Below, one piece after another: positions 1 through 12,280 of a stretch of DNA of 64,000 nt. Source of the stretch: Eledone cirrhosa (lineage: Eukaryota); contig OZ024744.1 in the NCBI GenBank assembly GCA_964016885.1, positions 130,200,001 through 130,264,000 on the forward strand. Reading direction: 5' to 3'. Numbering within the stretch: position 1 is the stretch's first letter; each line of letters starts with the position of its first letter. A program made the translations under genes and the position numbers. The notes beneath the pieces are model-generated. The model ran no database searches. It was not told the origin of the DNA and worked only from the letters and a program-made list of their open reading frames with translations.

Positions 1-3000
1 TAAGTTAAGTTGGGGTTAAGTTAAGTTGGGGTTAAGTTAATTTGGGGTTAAGTTAAGTTAGGGTTAAGTTAAGTTGGGGTTGAGTTAAGTTGGGGGTAAG
101 TTAAGTTGGGGTTATGTTAAGTTGGGGTTAAGTTAAGTTGGGGTTCAGTGAAGTTGCGGTTAAGTTAAGTTGGGGTTAAGTTAAGTTGGGATTAAGTTAA
201 GTTGGGGTTAAGATAAGTTGGGGTTAAATTAAGTTGGGGTTAATTTAAGTTGGGGTTAAGTTAAGTCGGGGTTAAGTTGAGTTGGGGTTAAGTTAAGTTG
301 GGTTAGTTAAGTTGGGGTTAAGTTAAGTTGGGGTTAAGATAAGTTGGGGTTAAGTTAAGTTGGGGTTGAGTTAAGTTGGGGTTGAGTTAATTTGGGGTTA
401 ACTTAAGTTGGGGTTAACTTAAGTTGGGATTAATTTAAGTTGGGGTTAAGTTAAGTTGGGGTTAAATTAAGTTCGGGTTAAGTTAAGTTGGGGTTAAGTT
501 AAGTTGGGGTTAAGTTAAGTTGGGGGTAAGTTAAGTTGGGGTTAATTTAAGTTGGGTCTAATTAAGTTTGGGTTAAGTTAAGTTTGGGTTAAGTTAAGTT
601 GGGGGTAAGTTAAGTTGGGGGTAAGTTAAGTTGGGGGTAAGTTAAGTTGGGGTTAATTTAAGTTGGGTCTAATTAAGTTGGGGTTAAGTTAAGTTGGGGT
701 TAAGTTAAGTTGGGGTTAAGTTAAGTTGGGGTTAAATTAAGTTGGGGTTAATTTAAGTTGGGGTTAAGTTAAGTTGCGGTTATTTTAAGTTGGGGTTAAG
801 TTAAGTTGGGGTTAAGGTAAGTTGGGGTTAAGTTAAGTTGGGGTTAAGTTAAGTTGGGGTTAAGTTAAGTTGGGGTTAAGTTAAGTTGGGGTTAAGTTAA
901 GTTGGGGTTAAGTTAAGTTGGGGTTAAGTTAAGTTGGGGTTAAATTATGTTGGGGTTAAGTTAAGTTGGGGTTAAGTTAAGTTGGGGTTAAGTTAATTTG
1001 GGGTTAAGTTAAGTTAGGGTTAAGTTAAGTTGGGGTTGAGTTAAGTTGGGGGTAAGTTAAGTTGGGGTTATGTTAAGTTGGGGTTAAGTTAAGTTGGGGT
1101 TATGTTAAGTTGGGGTTAAGTTAAGTTGGGGCTAAGTTAAGTTGGGTCTAAGTTAAGTTGGGGTTAAGTTAAGTTGGGGTTAATTTAAGTTGGGGTTAAG
1201 TTAAGTTGGGGTCGAGTTAATTTGGGGTTAACTTAAGTTGGGGTTAACTTAAGTCGGGATTAAGTTATGTGGGGGTTAAGTTAAGTTTGGGTTAAATTAA
1301 GTTCGGGTTAAGTTAAGTTGGGGTTAAGTTAAGTTGGGGTTAAGTTAAGTTGGGGTTAAGTTAGGTTGGGGTTAAGTTAAGTTGGTGGTAAGTTAAGTTG
1401 GGGGTAAGTTAAGTTGGGGTTAATTTAAGTTGGGTCTAATTAAGTTGGGGTTAAGTTAAGTTGGGGTTAAGTTAAGTTGGGGTTAAGTTAAGTTGGGGTT
1501 AAGTTAAGTTGGGGTTAAATTAAGTTGGGGTTAAGTTAAGTTGGGGTTAAGTTAAGTTGCGGTTAAGTTAAGTTGGGGTTAAGTTAAGTTGGGGTTAAGT
1601 TAAGTTGGGGGTAAGGTAAGTTGGTGGTTAAGTTAAGTTGGGGGTAAGTTAAGATGGGGTTAAGTTAAGTTGGGGTTAATTTAATTTGGGGTTAAATTAA
1701 GTTAGGGTTAAGTTAAGTTAGGGTTGAGTTAAGTTGGGGTTAAGTTAAGTTGGGGTTATGTTAAGTTGGGGTTAAGTTAAGTTGGGGTTAAGTTAAGTTG
1801 GGGTTAAGTTAAGTTGGGGTTAATTTAAGTTGGGGTTAAGTTAAGTTGGGGTTAATTTAAGTTGGGGTTAAGTTAAGTTGGGGTTAAGTTAAGTTGGGGT
1901 TAAATTAAGTTGGGGTTAAGTTAAGTTGGGGTTAAGTTAAGTTGGGGTTAAGTTAATTTGGGGTTAAGTTAAGTTAGGGTTAAGTTAAGTTGGGGTTGAG
2001 TTAAGTTGGGGGTAAGTTAAGTTGGGGTTATGTTAAGTTGGGGTTAAGTTAAGTTGGGGTTCAGTGAAGTTGCGGTTAAGTTAAGTTGGGGTTAAGTTAA
2101 GTTGGGATTAAGTTAAGTTGGGGTTAAGATAAGTTGGGGTTAAATTAAGTTGGGGTTAATTTAAGTTGGGGTTAAGTTAAGTCGGGGTTAAGTTGAGTTG
2201 GGGTTAAGTTAAGTTGGGTTAGTTAAGTTGGGGTTAAGTTAAGTTGGGGTTAAGATAAGTTGGGGTTAAGTTAAGTTGGGGTTGAGTTAAGTTGGGGTTG
2301 AGTTAATTTGGGGTTAACTTAAGTTGGGGTTAACTTAAGTTGGGATTAATTTAAGTTGGGGTTAAGTTAAGTTGGGGTTAAATTAAGTTCGGGTTAAGTT
2401 AAGTTGGGGTTAAGTTAAGTTGGGGTTAATTTAAGTTGGGGGTAAGTTAAGTTGGGGTTAATTTAAGTTGGGTCTAATTAAGTTTGGGTTAAGTTAAGTT
2501 TGGGTTAAGTTAAGTTGGGGGTAAGTTAAGTTGGGGGTAAGTTAAGTTGGGGGTAAGTTAAGTTGGGGTTAATTTAAGTTGGGTCTAATTAAGTTGGGGT
2601 TAAGTTAAGTTGGGGTTAAGTTAAGTTGGGGTTAAGTTAAGTTGGGGTTAAATTAAGTTGGGGTTAATTTAAGTTGGGGTTAAGTTAAGTTGCGGTTATT
2701 TTAAGTTGGGGTTAAGTTAAGTTGGGGTTAAGGTAAGTTGGGGTTAAGTTAAGTTGGGGTTAAGTTAAGTTGGGGTTAAGTTAAGTTGGGGTTAAGTTAA
2801 GTTGGGGTTAATTTAAGTTGGGGTTAAGTTAAGTTGGGGTTAAGTTAAGTTGGGGTTAAATTATGTTGGGGTTAAGTTAAGTTGGGGTTAAGTTAAGTTG
2901 GGGTTAAGTTAATTTGGGGTTAAGTTAAGTTAGGGTTAAGTTAAGTTGGGGTTGAGTTAAGTTGGGGGTAAGTTAAGTTGGGGTTATGTTAAGTTGGGGT

Positions 3001-3090
3001 TAAGTTAAGTTGGGGTTATGTTAAGTTGGGGTTAAGTTAAGTTGGGGCTAAGTTAAGTTGGGTCTAAGTTAAGTTGGGGTTAAGTTAAGT
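1..3090 (+). repeat. Tandem duplication, period 1916 bp (about 1.6 copies in window)
   Basis: Rare variant ttcagtgaagttgcgg at 146 and 2062. gcggttatttt, ttaaggtaag and ttaaattatg recur in the same order. Confidence 0.85.
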
Positions 3091-6000
3091 TGGGGTTAAG
3101 TTAAGTTAGGGTTAATTTAAGTTGGGGTTATGTTAAGTTGGGGTTAAGTTAAGTTGGGGTTAAGTTAGGTTGGTGTTAAGTTAAGTTGGGGGTAAGTTAA
3201 GTTGGGGGTAAGTTAAGTTGGTGTTAAGTTAAGTTGGGGTTAAGTTAAGTTGGGGTTAAGTTAAGTTGGGTTTAAGTTAAGTTGGGGCTAAGTTAAGTTA
3301 GGGCTAAGTTAAGTTGGGGCTGCGTTAAGTTGGGGTTAAATTAAGTTGGGGTTAAGTTAAGTTGGGGGTAAGATAAGTTGGGGTTAGTTAAGTTGCGGTT
3401 AAGTTAAGTTGGGGTTAAGTTAAGTTGGGCTTAAGTTGATTTGGGGTAAAGTTAAGTTGGGGTTAAGTTAAGTTGGGGTTAATTTAAGTTGGGGTTAAGT
3501 TAAGTTGGGGTTAATTTAAGTTGGGGTTAATTTAAGTTGGGGTTAAGTTAAGTTGGGGTTAAGTTAAGTTGGGGTTAAGTTAAGTTGGGGGTAAGTTAAG
3601 TTGGGGTTAAGTTAAGTTGGGGTTAAGTTGGGGTTAAGTTAAGTTAGGGTTAACTTAAGTTGGGGTTAAGTTAAGTGGTGGTTATGTTAAGTGGTGGTTA
3701 TGTTAACTTGGGGTTAAGTTAAGTTGGGGTTAAGTTAAATTGGGGTTAAGTTAAGTTGCGGTTAAGTTAAGTTGGGGTTAAGTTAAGTTGGGGTTAAGTT
3801 AATTAGGGTTAAGTTAAGTTGGGGTTAAGTTAAGTTGGGGTTAAGTTAAGTTGCGGTTAAGTTAAGTTGGCGTTAAGTTAAGTTGGGGTTAAGTTAAGTT
3901 GGGATTAAGTTAAGTTGGGGTTAAGTTAAGTTGGGGTTAAGTTAGATTGTTGTTAAGTTAAGTTGGGGTTAAGTTAAGTTGGGGTTAATTTAAGTTGGGG
4001 TTAAGTTAAGTCGGGGTTAAGTTCAGTTGGGGTTAGGTTAAGTTGGGGTTAAGTTAAGTTGGGGTTAAGTTAAGTTGGGGTTAAGATAAGTTGGGGTTAA
4101 GTTAAGTTGGGGTTGAGTTAATTTGGGGTTAACTTAAGTTGGGGTTAACTTAAGTCGGGATTAAGTTAAGTGGGGGTTAATTTAAGTTGGGGTTAAATTA
4201 AGTTCGGGTTAAGTTAAGTTGGGGTTAAGTTAAGTTGGGGTTAAGTTAGGTTGGGGTTAAGTTAAGTTGGGGGTAATTTAAGTTGGGGGTAAGTTCAGTT
4301 GGGGTTAAGTTAAGTTGGGGTTGAGTTAAGTTGGGGCTAAGTTAAGTTAGGGTTATGTTAAGTTGGGGTTAATTTAAGTTGGGGTTAAATTAAGTTGGGG
4401 TTCAATTAAGTTGCGGTTAATTTAAGTTGGGGTTAAGTTAAGTTGGGGTTAAGTTAAGTTGGGGTTAAGTTAAGTTGGGGTTAAGTTAAGTTGGGGTTAA
4501 GTTAAGTTGGGGTTAATTTAAGTTGGGGTTAAATTAAGTTGGGGTTAAGTTAAGTTGGGGTTAAGTTAAGTTGGGGTTAAATTAAGTAGGGGTTAAGTTA
4601 AGTTGGGGTTAAGTTAAGTTGGGGTTAAGTTAAGTTGGGGTTAAGTTAATTTGTGGTTAAGTTAAGTTGGGGTTAAGTTAAGTTGGGGTTAAGTTCAGTC
4701 GGGGTTAAGTTAAGTCGGGGTTAAGTTAAGTTGGGGTTGAGTTAAGTTGCGGTTAAGTTAAGTTGGGGTTAAGATAAGTTGGGGTTAAGTTAAGTTGGGA
4801 TTGAGTTAAGTTGGGGTTGAGTTAATTTGGGGTTAATTTAAGTTGGAGTTAACTTAAGTTGGGTTTAAGTTAAGTTGGGGTTAAGTTAAGTTGGGGTTAA
4901 ATTAAGTTGGGGTTAAGTTAAGTTGGGGGTAAGATAAGTTGGGGTTAGTTAAGTTGCGGTTAAGTTAAGTTGGGGTTAAGTTAAGTTGGGGTTAAGTTAA
5001 GTTGGGGTAAAGTTAAGTTGGGGGTAAGTTAAGTTGGGGGTAAGTTAAGTTGGGGGTAAGTTAAGTTGGGGTTAATTTAAGTCAGGTCTAATTAAGTTGG
5101 GGTTAAGTTAAGTTGGGGTTAAATTAAGTTGGGGTTAAGTTAAGTTGGGGTTAAGTTAAGTTGGGGTTAAGTTAAGTTGCGGTTAAGTTAAGTTGAGGTT
5201 AAGTTAAGTAGGGGTTAAATTATGTTGGGGTTAAGTTAAGTTCGGGTTAAGTTAAGTTGGGGTTAAGTTGAGTTGGGGATAAGTTAAGTTGGGGATAAGT
5301 TAAGTTGGGGTTAAGTTAAGTTGGGTTTAAGTTAAGTTTGGGTTAAGTTAAGTTGGGGTTAAGTTAAGTTGGGGTTAAGTTAAGTTGGTTAGTTAAGTTG
5401 AGTTTAAGTTAAGTTGGGGTTAATTTAAGTTGGGGTTAAGTTAAGTTGGGGTTAAGTTAAGTTGGGGTTAAGTTAAGTTGGGGTTAAGTTAAGTTGCGGT
5501 TAAGTTAAGTTGAGGTTAAGTTAAGTTGGGGTTAAGTTAAGTTGGGGTTAAGTTAAGTTGGGGCTAAGTTAAGTTGGGGCTAAGTTAAGTTGGGGCTAAG
5601 TTAAGTTGGGGTTAAGTTAACTTTGGGTTAAGTTAATTTGGGTTTGAGTTAAGTTGGGGTTAATTAAGTTGGGGTTAAGTTAAGTTGGGGTTAAGTTAAG
5701 TTGGGGTTAAGTTAAGTTGGGGTTAAGTTAAGTTGCGGTTAAGTTAAGTTGATGTTAAGTTAAGTTGATGTTAAGTTAAGTTGGGGTTAAGTTAAGTCGG
5801 GGTTAAGTTAAGGTGGGGTTAAGTTAAGTTGGGGTCAACTAAAGTTGGGGTTAAGTTAAGTTGGGGTTAAATTAAGTTGGGGTTAAGTTGGGGTTAAATT
5901 AAGTTGGGGTTAAGTTAAGTTGGGGTTAAGTTAAATGGGGTTAAGTTAAGTTGCGGGTAATTTAAGTTGGGGTTAAGTTAAGTTGGGGTTAAGTTAAGTT

Positions 6001-6945
6001 GGGTTTAAGTTAAGTTGGAGCTGAGTTAAGTTAGGGCTAAGTTAAGTTGGAGTTAAGTAAAGTTAGGGCTAAGTTAAGTTGGGGTTAAGTTAAGTTGGGG
6101 TTAATTTAAGTTGGGGTTACATTAAGATGAGGTTAAGTTAAGTTGGTGTTAAGTTAAGTTGGGGTTAATTTAAGTTGGGGTTAATTAAGTTGGGGTTAAG
6201 TTAAGTTGGGGTTAAGTTAAGTTGGGGTTAATTTCAGTTGGGGTTGAGTTAAGTTGGGGTTAAGTTTAGTTGGGGTTAAGTTAAGTTGGGGTTGAGTTAA
6301 GTTGGGGTTAAGTTAAGTTGGGGCTAAGTTAAGTTCGGGTTAAGTTAAGTTGGTGTTAAGTTAAGTTGGGGTTAAATTAAGTTGGGGCTAAGTTAAGTTG
6401 GGTCTAAGTTAAGTTGGGGTTAAGTTAAGTTGGGGTTAAGTTAAGTTAGGGTTAATTTAAGTTGGGGTTATATTAAGTTGGGGTTAAGTTAAGTTGGGGT
6501 TAAGTTAGGTTGGTGTTAAGTTAAGTTGGGGGTAAGTTAAGTTGGGGGTAAGTTAAGTTGGTGTTAAGTTAAGTTGGGGTTAAGTTAAGTTGGGGCTAAG
6601 TTAAGTTGGGGCTGAGTTAAGTTGGGGTTAAATTAAGTTGGGGCTAAGTTAAGTTGGGGGTAAGATAAGTTGGGGTTAGTTAAGTTGCGGTTAAGTTAAG
6701 TTGGGGTTAAGTTAAGTTGGGGTTAAGTTGAGTTGGGGTAAAGTTAAGTTGGGGTTAAGTTAAGTTGGGGTTAATTTAAGTTGGGGTTAAGTTAAGTTGG
6801 GGTTAATTTAAGTTGGGGTTAATTTAAGTTGGGGTTAAGTTAAGTTGGGGTTAAGTTAAGTTGGGGTTAAGTTAAGTTGGGGGTAAGTTAAGTTGGGGTT
6901 AAGTTAAGTTGGGGTTAAGTTGGGGTTAAGTTAAGTTAGGGTTAA
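1..6945 (+). repeat. Long segment (at least 6.9 kb) duplicated at about 15571-22498 (offset 15,570/15,554)
   Basis: Markers: ttcagtg 146/15716 and 2062/17632; gtcgag 1213/16783; gctgcg 3321/18875; gtcaggtct 5083/20637; ttgatg 5751/21305; ttacattaagatgagg 6120/21674. Confidence 0.9.
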
Positions 6946-9900
6946 CTTAAGTTGGGGTTAAGTTAAGTGGTGGTTATGTTAAGTGGTGGTTATGTTAACT
7001 TGGGGTTAAGTTAAGTTGGGGTTAAGTTAAATTGCGGTTAAGTTAAGTTGCGGTTAAGTTAAGTTTGGGTTAAGTTAAGTTGGGGTTAAGTTAATTAGGG
7101 TTAAGTTAAGTTGGGGTTAAGTTAAGTTGGGGTTAAGTTAAGTTGCGGTTAAGTTAAGTTGGCGTTAAGTTAAGTTGGGGTTAAGTTAAGTTGGGATTAA
7201 GTTAAGTTGCGGTTAAGTTGGGGTTAAGTTAAGTTGGGGTTAAGTTAGATAGTTGTTAAGTTAAGTTGGGGTTAAGTTAAGTTGGGGTTAAGTTAAGTTG
7301 GGGTTAATTTAAGTTGGGGTAAAGTTAAGTCGGGGTTAAGTTGAGTTGGGGTTAGGTTAAGTTGGGGTTAAGTTAAGTTGGGGTTAAGTTAAGTTGGGGT
7401 TAAGATAAGTTGGGGTTAAGTTAAGTTGGGGTTGAGTTAAGTTGGGGTTGAGTTAATTTGGGGTTAACTTAAGTTGGGGTTAACTTAAGTCGGGATTAAG
7501 TTAAGTGGGGGTTAAGTTAAGGTGGGGTTTAGTTAAGTTGGGGTCAACTAAAGTTGGGGTTAAGTTAAGTGGGGGTTAAGTTAAGTTAGGGTTGAGTTAA
7601 GTTGGGGTTAAGTTAACTTTGGGTTAAGTTAAGTTGGGTTTGAGTTAAGTTGGGGTTAATTAAGTTGGGGTTAAGTTAATTTGGGGTTAAGTTAAGTTGG
7701 GGGTTAATTGAGTTGGGGTTAAGTTAAGTTGCGGTTAAGTTAAGTTGAGGTTAAGTTAAGTTGGGGTTAAGTTAAGTTGGGGTTAAGTTAAGTTGGGGCT
7801 AAGTTAAGTTGGGGCTAAGTTAAGTTGGGGCTTAGTTAAGTTGGGGTTAAGTTAAGTTGGGGTTAAGTTAAGGTGGGGTTAAGTTAAGTTGGGGTCAACT
7901 AAAGTTGGGGTTAAGTTAAGTTAGGGTTAACTTAAGTTGGGGTTAAGTTAAGTTGGGGTTAAGTTAAGTTGGGGTTTATTTATGTTGGGGTTCAGTTAAT
8001 TTGGGGTTAAGTTAAGTGTGGGTTAAGTTGGGGTTAAATTAATTTGGGGTTAAGTTAAGTTGGGGTTAAGTTAAGTTTGGGTTCAGTTAAGTTGGGGTTA
8101 ATTTAAGTTGGGGTTAAGTTAAGTTGCGGGTAATTTAAGTTGGGGTTAAGTTAAGTTGGGGTTAAGTTAAGTTGGGGTTAAGTTAAGTTGGGGTTAAGTT
8201 AAGTTGGGTTTAAGTTAAGTTGGGGGTAAGTTAAGTTGGGGGTAAGTTAAGTTGGGGGTAAGTTAAGTTGGGGTTAAGTTAAGTTGGGGTTAAGTTAAGT
8301 TGGGGTTAAGTTAAGTTAGGGTTAAGTTAAGTTGGGGTTGAGTTAAGTTGGGGTTAAGTTAAGTTTGGGTTATGTTAAGTTGGGGTTAAGTTAAGTTGGG
8401 TCTAAGTTAAGTGGGGGTTAAGTTAAGTTAGGGTTGAGTTAAGTTGGGGTTAAGTTAAATTTGGGTTAAGTTAAGTTGGGTTTGAGTTAAGTTGGGGTTA
8501 ATTAAGTTGGGGTTAAGTTAAGTTGGGGTTAAGTTAAGTTGGGGTTAAGTTGAGTTGGGGTTAAGTTAAGTTGCGGTTAAGTTAAGTTGAGGTTAAGTTA
8601 AGTTGGGGTTAAGTTAAGTTGGGGTTAAGTTAAGTTGGGGCTAAGTTAAGTTGGGGCTTAGTTAAGTTGGGGTTAAGTTAAGTTGGGGTTAAGTTAAGGT
8701 GGGGTTAAGTTAAGTTGGGGTCAACTAAAGTTGGGGTTAAGTTAAGTTGGGGTTAACTTAAGTTGGGGTTAAGTTAAGTTGGGGTTAAGTTAAGTTGGGG
8801 TTTATTTAGGTTGGGGTTCAGTTAATTTGGGGTTAAGTTAAGTTTGGGTTAAGTTGGGGTTAAATTAATTTGGGGTTAAGTTAAGTTGGGGTTAAGTTAA
8901 GTTGGGGTTAATTTAAGTTGGGGTTAAGTTAAGTTGCGGGTAATTTAAGTTGGGGTTAAGTTAAGTTGGGGTTAAGTTAAGTTGGGGTTAAGTTAAGTTG
9001 GGTTTAAGTTAAGTTGGGGGTAAGTTAAGTTGGGGGTAAGTTAAGTTGGGGGTAAGTTAAGTTGGGGTTAAGTTAAGTTGGGGTTAAGTTAAGTTAGGGT
9101 TAAGTTAAGTTGGGGTTGAGTTAAGTTGGGGTTAAATTAAGTTGGGGTTATGTTAAGTTGGGGTTAAGTTAAGTTGGGGTTAAGTTAAGTTGGGGTTAAG
9201 TTAAGTTGCGGTTAAGTTAAGTTGGGGTTAAGTTAAGTTGGGGTTAAGTTAAGTTGGGATTAAGTTAAGTTGGGGTTAAGTTAAGTTGGGGTTAAGTTAA
9301 GTTGGGGGTAAGTTAAGTTGGGGTTAAGTTAAGTTGGGGTTAAGTTAAGTTAGGGTTAATTTAAGTTGGGGTTATATTAAGTTGGGGTTAAGTTAAGTTG
9401 GGGTTAAGTTAGGTTGGTGTTAAGTTAAGTTGGGGGTAAGTTAAGTTGGGGGTAAGTTAAGTTGGTGTTAAGTTAAGTTGGGGTTAAGTTAAGTTGGGGT
9501 TAAGTTAAGTTGGGTTTAAGTTAAGTTGGGGCTAAGTTAAGTTAGGGCTAAGTTAAGTTGGGGCTGAGTTAAGTTGGGGTTAAATTAAGTTGGGGTTAAG
9601 TTAAGTTGGGGGTAAGATAAGTTGGGGTTAGTTAAGTTGCGGTTAAGTTAAGTTGGGGTTAAGTTAAGTTGGGGTTAAGTTGAGTTGGGGTAAAGTTAAG
9701 TTGGGGTTAAGTTAAGTTGGGGTTAATTTAAGTTGGGGTTAAGTTAAGTTGGGGTTAATTTAAGTTGGGGTTAATTTAAGTTGGGGTTAAGTTAAGTTGG
9801 GGTTAAGTTAAGTTGGGGTTAAGTTAAGTTGGGGGTAAGTTAAGTTGGGGTTAAGTTAAGTTGGGGTTAAGTTGGGGTTAAGTTAAGTTAGGGTTAACTT

Positions 9901-12280
9901 AAGTTGGGGTTAAGTTAAGTGGTGGTTATGTTAAGTGGTGGTTATGTTAACTTGGGGTTAAGTTAAGTTGGGGTTAAGTTAAATTGCGGTTAAGTTAAGT
10001 TGCGGTTAAGTTAAGTTTGGGTTAAGTTAAGTTGGGGTTAAGTTAATTAGGGTTAAGTTAAGTTGGGGTTAAGTTAAGTTGGGGTTAAGTTAAGTTGCGG
10101 TTAAGTTAAGTTGGCGTTAAGTTAAGTTGGGGTTAAGTTAAGTTGGGATTAAGTTAAGTTGCGGTTAAGTTGGGGTTAAGTTAAGTTGGGGTTAAGTTAG
10201 ATAGTTGTTAAGTTAAGTTGGGGTTAAGTTAAGTTGGGGTTAAGTTAAGTTGGGGTTAATTTAAGTTGGGGTAAAGTTAAGTCGGGGTTAAGTTGAGTTG
10301 GGGTTAGGTTAAGTTGGGGTTAAGTTAAGTTGGGGTTAAGTTAAGTTGGGGTTAAGATAAGTTGGGGTTAAGTTAAGTTGGGGTTGAGTTAAGTTGGGGT
10401 TGAGTTAATTTGGGGTTAACTTAAGTTGGGGTTAACTTAAGTCGGGATTAAGTTAAGTGGGGGTTAAGTTAAGGTGGGGTTTAGTTAAGTTGGGGTCAAC
10501 TAAAGTTGGGGTTAAGTTAAGTGGGGGTTAAGTTAAGTTAGGGTTGAGTTAAGTTGGGGTTAAGTTAACTTTGGGTTAAGTTAAGTTGGGTTTGAGTTAA
10601 GTTGGGGTTAATTAAGTTGGGGTTAAGTTAATTTGGGGTTAAGTTAAGTTGGGGGTTAATTGAGTTGGGGTTAAGTTAAGTTGCGGTTAAGTTAAGTTGA
10701 GGTTAAGTTAAGTTGGGGTTAAGTTAAGTTGGGGTTAAGTTAAGTTGGGGCTAAGTTAAGTTGGGGCTAAGTTAAGTTGGGGCTTAGTTAAGTTGGGGTT
10801 AAGTTAAGTTGGGGTTAAGTTAAGGTGGGGTTAAGTTAAGTTGGGGTCAACTAAAGTTGGGGTTAAGTTAAGTTAGGGTTAACTTAAGTTGGGGTTAAGT
10901 TAAGTTGGGGTTAAGTTAAGTTGGGGTTTATTTATGTTGGGGTTCAGTTAATTTGGGGTTAAGTTAAGTGTGGGTTAAGTTGGGGTTAAATTAATTTGGG
11001 GTTAAGTTAAGTTGGGGTTAAGTTAAGTTTGGGTTCAGTTAAGTTGGGGTTAATTTAAGTTGGGGTTAAGTTAAGTTGCGGGTAATTTAAGTTGGGGTTA
11101 AGTTAAGTTGGGGTTAAGTTAAGTTGGGGTTAAGTTAAGTTGGGGTTAAGTTAAGTTGGGTTTAAGTTAAGTTGGGGGTAAGTTAAGTTGGGGGTAAGTT
11201 AAGTTGGGGGTAAGTTAAGTTGGGGTTAAGTTAAGTTGGGGTTAAGTTAAGTTGGGGTTAAGTTAAGTTAGGGTTAAGTTAAGTTGGGGTTGAGTTAAGT
11301 TGGGGTTAAGTTAAGTTTGGGTTATGTTAAGTTGGGGTTAAGTTAAGTTGGGTCTAAGTTAAGTGGGGGTTAAGTTAAGTTAGGGTTGAGTTAAGTTGGG
11401 GTTAAGTTAAATTTGGGTTAAGTTAAGTTGGGTTTGAGTTAAGTTGGGGTTAATTAAGTTGGGGTTAAGTTAAGTTGGGGTTAAGTTAAGTTGGGGTTAA
11501 GTTGAGTTGGGGTTAAGTTAAGTTGCGGTTAAGTTAAGTTGAGGTTAAGTTAAGTTGGGGTTAAGTTAAGTTGGGGTTAAGTTAAGTTGGGGCTAAGTTA
11601 AGTTGGGGCTTAGTTAAGTTGGGGTTAAGTTAAGTTGGGGTTAAGTTAAGGTGGGGTTAAGTTAAGTTGGGGTCAACTAAAGTTGGGGTTAAGTTAAGTT
11701 GGGGTTAACTTAAGTTGGGGTTAAGTTAAGTTGGGGTTAAGTTAAGTTGGGGTTTATTTAGGTTGGGGTTCAGTTAATTTGGGGTTAAGTTAAGTTTGGG
11801 TTAAGTTGGGGTTAAATTAATTTGGGGTTAAGTTAAGTTGGGGTTAAGTTAAGTTGGGGTTAATTTAAGTTGGGGTTAAGTTAAGTTGCGGGTAATTTAA
11901 GTTGGGGTTAAGTTAAGTTGGGGTTAAGTTAAGTTGGGGTTAAGTTAAGTTGGGTTTAAGTTAAGTTGGGGGTAAGTTAAGTTGGGGGTAAGTTAAGTTG
12001 GGGGTAAGTTAAGTTGGGGTTAAGTTAAGTTGGGGTTAAGTTAAGTTAGGGTTAAGTTAAGTTGGGGTTGAGTTAAGTTGGGGTTAAATTAAGTTGGGGT
12101 TATGTTAAGTTGGGGTTAAGTTAAGTTGGGGTTAAGTTAAGTTGGGGTTAAGTTAAGTTGCGGTTAAGTTAAGTTGGGGTTAAGTTAAGTTGGGGTTAAG
12201 TTAAGTTGGGATTAAGTTAAGTTGGGGTTAAGTTAAGTTGGGGTTAAGTTAAGTTGGGGGTAAGTTAAGTTGGGGTTAAG
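6410..12280 (+). repeat. Tandem duplication, period about 2952 bp (2 copies)
   Basis: agatagttgtt 7248/10200; ggggtttatttatg 7971/10923. ttatatt at 6471/9375 is offset by 2904, a three-monomer indel. Confidence 0.88.
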
